In this document: positions 57,831 to 64,000 of the stretch, piece after piece | Layout of the letters: each line of letters starts with the position of its first letter | Numbering within the stretch: the first letter of the stretch is position 1 | Source: Polyangiaceae bacterium | Lineage (GTDB): Bacteria; Myxococcota_A; Polyangia; Polyangiales; Polyangiaceae | Assembly (NCBI GenBank): GCA_033763455.1 | Contig: JANRKO010000070.1 | Coordinates: 1 to 64,000 of the forward strand | Reading direction: 5' to 3' | DNA length: 64,000 nucleotides | Notes under the pieces: generated by a model | Database searches by the model: none | Seen by the model: only the letters and a program-made list of their open reading frames with translations | What the model was told of the DNA's origin: nothing | Made by a program: the position numbers and the translations under genes

Positions 57831-59395
57831 GTGGGGTAACTTTCGAGGCTTGGGCGGCGCTCCGAAGGGGGAGGCGCTTTAGAGGTCGCACTCTCGGGAA
57901 AAAGCAGACGAAAACGTGTACCTTTGGGCTCGCGGCGCTCGCAGTCGATCGTCGCACCATGGGCGGTAACGATTTGTTTCACGACTGATAGGCCCAACCC
58001 GGTGCCACGCCCTTTAGTGGTGAAGAAGGGTTCAAATAGGCGCTCACGCACGTCTTCCGCCATGCCTTCTCCTTCATCCTCCACGCACAGCTCAACGCCA
58101 CCTTCAGGCGCGTGAGAGATGTGCAGGTAAATGGTGCCACCGGCCGGCATGGCTTCGCGCGCGTTGCGCATGAGATTGAGCAGCGCTTGCCGGATCTGAG
58201 CTTCATCCACCCGCACGTTGGGCAAATCTGTCGCGGCGTGAAGCTCCACGCGGATCCCGTGGTGCTGGAGCTCACGTTGAGTGAACTGAACCGCTTCTGT
58301 GGCAATGGCTGCCAGATCCTCGGCTAGGAGCTGTGGTGGGTCCTTTTTGGCCATCGAGAGGTACTGATCGCTCAAGGCGCTAAGACGCTCCACCTCTTTG
58401 TCGATAGCCCGAAGCAGCGCCCGCGCCTCAGGAGCGCCCTCGGGGATCTCCTCGGCAAGCAACTCCAAGTTAAGCGCAATGGAGGACAGGGGGTTTCGCA
58501 CTTCGTGGGTCACGTGTGCGGCCATTTTGCCAATCGTTGCCAAGCGTTCACTTGCCAGAAGCTGCTGATTTGCTTGGGCGATGGCACCCACCATGTCCTC
58601 GAACGTCTGCGAAAGTTCCCCCAACTCGTCCTGAGCGCGCAGCGCCGGGCGCGGCGTTAGATCTCCCTTTGCTACTGAATTGGCCCGTGCAGTCACCACG
58701 GCCAAAGGACGCAATACGCGCTGAGCGTAGAGTGTCATCAGCACACCGACCACAAGCGCTAACGACACAAGCCCCAACAGAATTTGGTTCGCACGCCTTT
58801 CACGTTCAAGCGCCTCGCGGTCGAGTTCATCGACGTCGCTCTGGACGCGTCGACTGAAGCTGACAAGGTTGGCTTTGATGCGCAAGCCACTCCTAGCAAG
58901 CTCATCACGCAACACCTCCGCAGCCTGAAGCTCGCGCCTGTCCAACAACTGGAATAGTCTCGAGAGCTTCTCGGTATCTGCGTCGGCGGCTCTTTCGAGC
59001 GCCATCGTTTCAGCGCCCAGGGCACTCCCTGATTGCCGGGTGGAAGCGTCTTCAACGAGCCCAAAGGAGCGCCAAATCAAGGAGCGCACCTCCGCGAACT
59101 TCTTCGGGCGCCCCTTTTTGGCGAACTCGAACCACATGCGAATATCCGTTGGGTTGCGGGCGGCCGTGAGGTGGTTGAGCTGCGTGTTGTAAAGATCTTG
59201 CTGGGCCTCAAGTTGGCTTAAGGAGAGCGCCAGCGGCAGGTACCCCGAACGCACCAGGCGAGCTTCTTTCGCCGCGCGCCTGAGAGCCAGAACCGTCCAT
59301 CCTGTAGCCACGCTGAACGCAACCATGATCACCACGTAGGAAAGCAGCACCCGAACTGCGACCGACAACCTACGCATGGACTTGGTTTCAGCCAT
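57827..59395 (-). CDS. Membrane HAMP-domain sensor histidine kinase
   Basis: Two TM, HAMP DELGEL, HEVRNPL, N box, D.G.G, PFFTTK, GTGLGL. Confidence 0.95.
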   Translation of the reverse strand: MAETKSMRRLSVAVRVLLSYVVIMVAFSVATGWTVLALRRAAKEARLVRSGYLPLALSLSQLEAQQDLYNTQLNHLTAARNPTDIRMWFEFAKKGRPKKFAEVRSLIWRSFGLVEDASTRQSGSALGAETMALERAADADTEKLSRLFQLLDRRELQAAEVLRDELARSGLRIKANLVSFSRRVQSDVDELDREALERERRANQILLGLVSLALVVGVLMTLYAQRVLRPLAVVTARANSVAKGDLTPRPALRAQDELGELSQTFEDMVGAIAQANQQLLASERLATIGKMAAHVTHEVRNPLSSIALNLELLAEEIPEGAPEARALLRAIDKEVERLSALSDQYLSMAKKDPPQLLAEDLAAIATEAVQFTQRELQHHGIRVELHAATDLPNVRVDEAQIRQALLNLMRNAREAMPAGGTIYLHISHAPEGGVELCVEDEGEGMAEDVRERLFEPFFTTKGRGTGLGLSVVKQIVTAHGATIDCERREPKGTRFRLLFPESATSKAPPPSERRPSLESYPT

Positions 59396-60500
59396 GGTCG
59401 GGCAGAGCACGAGCTAACAGCTGGTGCAGATCCACGGCAGATGCGCCCCGGGACCGAAAGCGGCGCAAACTTGAACCGCAGGCCGTAACAATCGTGCCGC
59501 CCCCAAGGGCAGAGTGATCAGCGATGCGTGCGTCGGCGATATCCGCTGAGATTCCTGGCAGTGTACGTGGCAAAGCTCCACCGCCCCCACTGCATGCGGC
59601 ATCCTCACCGGCGGCCGTGAATTCCAGAGGGCGTGCACCGTTTAACTGCTCCAACAGAAGCCTAGGTTCGGTGTACCTGCCCAGCCCACGCCCAAGCTGA
59701 CAGGGGTCGTGCCAACGGTAAGGGGGCTCTGGAGCGGAAGCAGGCAACCTAGAAAAACGCTCTTTTTCTTCCACCGCTACATCCAAGAGCAAACGCGAAG
59801 TGATGTCTGTAGAGGCACCGAGCGTTACCATGCAGCCTGGGTCTGCAACGATCAGTTGCTGTGCGCCACGGAGCTTCTGCTTCAGGTCCCGCCGCGCCTG
59901 GCGGGCTTCTTCGGGGCGCCCAAGATGCAACCAGGGTGCGCCACAACACGCATTCAGGATCCGAACAGAACCGAGCAGGTGCTCCGCGAGCTTTACTACC
60001 GCGGCAAGAAGTTCTGGGTCCTTCAGATACGCGCAACCCAAAAGTAGCGCCGTTGGTGCGTTAAGATCACCGAGGTTGTTTTTTTGACCTGTTTCTCCTC
60101 TGGCGCGTGCAGGTCGCTCCGAGAGGGCCGCGCCGATTGCTGTGAGCCGGTCCGCGAGACCGGGCTCGTTGACGTGGCCTGGGGCTTCTGCTCCGCGAGC
60201 AACCGCTTCAGCACGTGCCGCGTACAGCGTCGACTCCACGGGGTTTTTATGCCGACATGCGGCTGTGCATGCACCGCAGCCGGTGCAACCCCAAACAGGT
60301 CTGGCGTCTTCAGTTCGCACCTGACCCTGAGTACGCGTGAGCTCAAACCCGAGCGACATCTTCCCCCATGGGGTGAGCACTTCCGATGGCTCAGCGCGCG
60401 AAACTGGGCACGTAGTGCGGCACAGCTTGGGGCAATACACGCAAGTCTGAAGAGCGTGGTGTTGGTCTCGTAAAACCGGTAGCCGCGTTTCCCGACTCAC
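59388..60500 (-). CDS. Fe-S / CCG-domain oxidoreductase subunit
   Basis: CVYCPKLCRTTCP, CTGCGACTAAC, CCG, HDPCQLGR, TACGS. Confidence 0.88.
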   Translation of the reverse strand: MSRETRLPVLRDQHHALQTCVYCPKLCRTTCPVSRAEPSEVLTPWGKMSLGFELTRTQGQVRTEDARPVWGCTGCGACTAACRHKNPVESTLYAARAEAVARGAEAPGHVNEPGLADRLTAIGAALSERPARARGETGQKNNLGDLNAPTALLLGCAYLKDPELLAAVVKLAEHLLGSVRILNACCGAPWLHLGRPEEARQARRDLKQKLRGAQQLIVADPGCMVTLGASTDITSRLLLDVAVEEKERFSRLPASAPEPPYRWHDPCQLGRGLGRYTEPRLLLEQLNGARPLEFTAAGEDAACSGGGGALPRTLPGISADIADARIADHSALGGGTIVTACGSSLRRFRSRGASAVDLHQLLARALPDHG

Positions 60501-62353
60501 GCGTCTGCCCTATCTTTCCGTTTGCCCTTCGAACCCAGCGGCGCCTGCCGAGGCTTCGAGGGGGCAACCACTCGCAGCGCGTGTGGCAAACACAGCTCAA
60601 ATGTGGCGCCTTTTTCGGAGGAGTGAACACGAACAGTGCCCTCGTGCTCCTCGGCGATTTTTCGAACGATCGCCAAACCAAGGCCCGTGCCACCTTGTTT
60701 CCCCGCCGTCACGAAAGATTGAAACAGGCGCCCGCGGATTTCCTCGGGGATACCTGGGCCCGTGTCCGACACCAAGATCGTAAGCGCCTCACCTGCGGCG
60801 ACCGCTTCAAGGGAAAGCTTTCCTCCTTTTTCGGCCATCGCTTCGATCGCGTTGCGGGTCAGATTGAAGATAGCCCGAGATATGCGACCTTCATCGAAAT
60901 AGGCCACCAACTTCTTATCTACCTTGACCGAAAGCTCCATCGGCCTGCCCTCAATCGACAGCTGAAGTTGGCGCTCCAGGCTCTGGAAAAACGCTCCTAG
61001 GTAGACCTTGCGAATGAAGATGCTCTGCTCCCCGCGTGCAAACTCCAAGACTTCGCGCTGCATCGCCGTCAGGGCTTCAAATTGCTGCAAGATTTCTTGC
61101 CCGTATTGCCGGCGGAGCGCAGGGTCGTCAGCCTCCTGCATCATTTGCACGTAACCGCTGATCACAGTCATGGGTGTTTTGAAATCATGCACCACCTGTG
61201 AGAGCAGGCGCCCAATGGTCGTCAGCCGCTGAGTTCTCTCTCTCGCTACCTGCGCGTTGAAGAGGCGGACGGCAGTCGCGGCGTTCGCTGCGATGAGCCG
61301 CATCAAGCTCAGATCTTCAGCCGTAAACCCCTGACCCGTGGCTTTGCTGAAAAGGCCAATCGCGCCAAGCCCAGAATCTGGATCCAACGGAATGGCGAGC
61401 GCCGATGTTACCGGAAATCCAAATCGCCCTTCCACGCGGGGGCTGAAGCTTTTGTGTTGAGGATCAGTCGCAAAGAGTTCCTGATTTTTGGTCAACGAAG
61501 CCCCTAGAAATCCCTCGCGTGATTTGAGGTGAAGCGGCAAAAGCTCAGCTATTTTGGCGTTGAAGACGTATTCGGTGAGGTCACCGCTTTCCTCCTCCAC
61601 CAACAACACTGCGCCGCCCAAAGCTCCGCAAGCCTCCGCACTCTTGGCGAGAAATGCCTCTACAAGGCGCTCAATGCTGTCGGCCGCAGCTGTCGCACGC
61701 TCCAACTGAAACAGAAGCTCTAAATCGCGAACACGCCGTTCCAGCTCCTCCTTAGTATCCAAGAGCTGCTTATTTTTTTGGATCTGGGAAAGGAAAAGCC
61801 GCGAGTTATCAATCGCTACCGCCGCTTGGGTGCTGAGAGCGCTCAGGGTTTCCTCATCTTCATCGGAAAACTCGGCGTTCAGTTTCTTGTTCAACACCTG
61901 GATGACACCTATCGTTCGCCCCAGGTGGTTCTTCAGTGGTACGGCAAGAATGCTTGTGGTCACGTAGCCGGTGAGCCTGTCCCACTCTGGCTCGAAGCGC
62001 TTATCCGTTGCTGCGTTCTTCACGCGGATGGCCTTGCCACTTTGAGCGACCAACCCGGCGATCCCGACGCCAACCTTCAAACGAATGGAGCGCACGGTGC
62101 CGCCCACCACGACCCTGCTCACCAGCTCTTTCTTACCTTCGTCGAGCAGGTAGAGCGTGGCGCGGTCCGCTTCCAGCACCTCTGCAACCTTTGCGAGGAT
62201 GAGCTCTAGGAGGTTGTCGAGGTCCTGAATGGAACCGAGTGCGCTGCCCACCGCCGTGAGCCCCCGCGCAATTCTAAGCTGCCGAGCCAACGCAAGCTCA
62301 AGCTCAAAAAGCTTGCCCCGAGCAGACAGCGGCGACAGTTCGTCGGGCGACAC
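60497..62353 (-). CDS. Cytoplasmic GAF-GAF histidine kinase
   Basis: Two GAFs (ADRATLYL, GIAG, LNK...F..ED), HDFKTP, DTGPG, GTGLGL; start inferred. Confidence 0.92.
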   Translation of the reverse strand: MSPDELSPLSARGKLFELELALARQLRIARGLTAVGSALGSIQDLDNLLELILAKVAEVLEADRATLYLLDEGKKELVSRVVVGGTVRSIRLKVGVGIAGLVAQSGKAIRVKNAATDKRFEPEWDRLTGYVTTSILAVPLKNHLGRTIGVIQVLNKKLNAEFSDEDEETLSALSTQAAVAIDNSRLFLSQIQKNKQLLDTKEELERRVRDLELLFQLERATAAADSIERLVEAFLAKSAEACGALGGAVLLVEEESGDLTEYVFNAKIAELLPLHLKSREGFLGASLTKNQELFATDPQHKSFSPRVEGRFGFPVTSALAIPLDPDSGLGAIGLFSKATGQGFTAEDLSLMRLIAANAATAVRLFNAQVARERTQRLTTIGRLLSQVVHDFKTPMTVISGYVQMMQEADDPALRRQYGQEILQQFEALTAMQREVLEFARGEQSIFIRKVYLGAFFQSLERQLQLSIEGRPMELSVKVDKKLVAYFDEGRISRAIFNLTRNAIEAMAEKGGKLSLEAVAAGEALTILVSDTGPGIPEEIRGRLFQSFVTAGKQGGTGLGLAIVRKIAEEHEGTVRVHSSEKGATFELCLPHALRVVAPSKPRQAPLGSKGKRKDRADA

Positions 62354-62513
62354 CCATAGATCGAACACGAAAACGCCGGCGGGATCCACTCTGGCCCCTA
62401 CGCGGAGCCTGGATCTGGGTGCTTGCCCCAAGAAGGGCCTCCGGCGCAAATGCCTAAAATGTTCTGCTCTGTTGCCGAACGGCGAGCCTTTGGCTAGCAA
62501 TGGGACCTCTGGC

Positions 62514-62792
62514 ATGGCCCTCAAACAACTTCACCTCCTGGTTCGCGGCCGAGTCCAGGGCGTGTACTTCAGGGCCTCCACTCAGCGCGAGGCACGCCGC
62601 CTAGGCATAACAGGCTGGGTACGCACTCGTCCCGATGGCGCCGTGGAGATGCTCGCCGAGGGTGAGGAGCAAGCAATTCGAGAACTACACGGTTGGGCTG
62701 AACGAGGGCCAACCGCGGCGCGCGTGGAACGTGTGGAAACGCGCTGGCGGAGTTACACCGGAGAATTTCCGGACTTTCGCATCGTCGAGTGA
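62514..62792 (+). CDS. acyP: Acylphosphatase
   Basis: GRVQGVYFR, GWVR..DG.VE, GP..ARV. Confidence 0.93.
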   Translation: MALKQLHLLVRGRVQGVYFRASTQREARRLGITGWVRTRPDGAVEMLAEGEEQAIRELHGWAERGPTAARVERVETRWRSYTGEFPDFRIVE

Positions 62793-62797
62793 GGTCC

Positions 62798-64000
62798 ATG
62801 CGGTTCGGGATAGCTGCCCGCTCCGAATTGTCACCGTGGCCACGTCCGCGCGGCTGGATGCGGCGAGCTTTCGTCAATGGCTTGAGGAACTTCCTTCTTC
62901 TGCGGCGAGCCTTCGTCAATGGCTTGAGGAGCTTCATTCTTCTGCTGCTCGTGTGCGGCGTCGCGGTAGCCAAAGGTTCACCGCAACCCGCGCCGGACGT
63001 GGATCTGCCGCTGCCCGAGCTCCCCAAAGCACCGAATATCGGTGTCCGTGAAGCGACTCCTCTGCAGATAGAGCGATTGAATGAGCTTCTCTCACGGCTC
63101 ACAGCTCCAGATGCCCTCATGCGGGAAAACGCTACAGCCGAAATTCTTGAGGTCACCCCGGAATGGGTGCCCGCCATCGCACGCATGGTGAACAAGCTCG
63201 CGGACCGTGGCTCGCACGAAGACATGAAGAAGGTTCTAACCGAAGCCCGTTCGAAGGCGCGCTCGGCAGCCATTTCGGAAATGAAGGAACGCCGTGAACG
63301 GGGTACCCCAAAGGCACCTGATTACCTTCAGATGCTACAGCAATTTCCGCGCCTTGACTCCGCACCCTGGAAGGCAACGGTGACTGTTCTCGCGCTCAGC
63401 CGGATGCTCGCGCAGATCGGAACGGTGGAAGCAGCCCGCACGCTCGTGAATGTGTATGTAAGGTTTGGGGATTTTCTACGCGTTGATACCCAACTGCAAC
63501 TCGACAAGCTGGGGGACGTAGCAGTGGCCGCTCTGATTGAAACGGAACGCCACCCGGCGCCCAAGATCAGCAACTGGGCGAAACGCCAACTCGATCTTCG
63601 ACACCGAGCGATTCCAAGTGATGCCGTACGAGGAGCGGACGAGAATGCACTGCCAGAGATCTTGCGCGCCTACGGTCGAACGAAGAACCCCGATGCCGCT
63701 CGTATCGTAGTCTCCTTCACCAACAGCGAGCGCGGCCAACTCAGGCTAGCCGCTCGTCAGAGCCTCGCCTTGATGGGGCCAACTGCTCTGTGGCAACTTC
63801 GAGATACCTACGAAGACGTGGTGGGCCGCACTGCGCCGCGGGATTGGTCCTGGGAACGAATGGCTAGAGAACTCTTTCGCGAATTTGACCGGCTGCACCT
63901 TGCACGCGTCCATCAGCTCTTTCGCGATGGTCTCGGGCTCTTGGCTCGTGGGCAGCTCGCAGAGATGGCAAAGAAGTTCGATGAAGTGTTGACTCGAAGT
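62798..64000 (+). CDS. HEAT-like helical exported protein, truncated by the window end
   Basis: GAGGT RBS and ATG 62798; reading appears open to the end; hydrophobic N-terminus, helical repeats. Confidence 0.7.
   Translation, partial: MRFGIAARSELSPWPRPRGWMRRAFVNGLRNFLLLRRAFVNGLRSFILLLLVCGVAVAKGSPQPAPDVDLPLPELPKAPNIGVREATPLQIERLNELLSRLTAPDALMRENATAEILEVTPEWVPAIARMVNKLADRGSHEDMKKVLTEARSKARSAAISEMKERRERGTPKAPDYLQMLQQFPRLDSAPWKATVTVLALSRMLAQIGTVEAARTLVNVYVRFGDFLRVDTQLQLDKLGDVAVAALIETERHPAPKISNWAKRQLDLRHRAIPSDAVRGADENALPEILRAYGRTKNPDAARIVVSFTNSERGQLRLAARQSLALMGPTALWQLRDTYEDVVGRTAPRDWSWERMARELFREFDRLHLARVHQLFRDGLGLLARGQLAEMAKKFDEVLTRS
62859..62942 (+). repeat. 42-bp tandem duplication
   Basis: Two copies with 3 mismatches encoding RRAFVNGLR[N/S]F[L/I]LL. 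Confidence 0.92.

Noticed and set aside
1..64000. tRNA, rRNA, tmRNA, RNase P, SRP RNA, IS elements, prophage
   Set aside because: No diagnostic sequence motifs or transposase/phage proteins recognised; a covariance-model scan would be needed to exclude divergent RNAs.

Overview
GC-rich bacterial chromosomal segment, most consistent with a myxobacterium of the Polyangiales/Sorangiineae type. The lineage is inferred from a MYXO-CTERM-like protein, a CglF-like protein, Cys- and Gly-rich lipoproteins, sigma54 motifs, a split atp operon and a Myxococcus-type LexA box. About 55 CDSs, mostly housekeeping (kup, transaldolase, ybeY, HU, argD, argF, fur, fabI, SurA-like, recA, rseP, ftsK, atpZIBE, rdgB, acylphosphatase). 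There are two toxin-antitoxin patches (20.7-25.6 kb, 56.1-57.2 kb) with three decayed gene remnants. No rRNA, tRNA, CRISPR array, integrase or transposase was seen. The most unusual element is an intact 750-aa P1B-type ATPase homologue with every catalytic and metal-transport motif replaced (DKTGT to CARGT) but an intact Cys-rich YHS/TRASH domain, coupled to argF and followed by fur. Also notable: an ECF sigma with a 1401-aa ZAS-FecR-VIT-vWA-TPR anti-sigma, a MYXO-CTERM/beta-barrel fusion ORF, a recurring TACTTGTCATGACAAG palindrome, and a structured 1-kb intergenic region at 38.6-39.6 kb. All family calls are motif recognition by eye; no searches were run.
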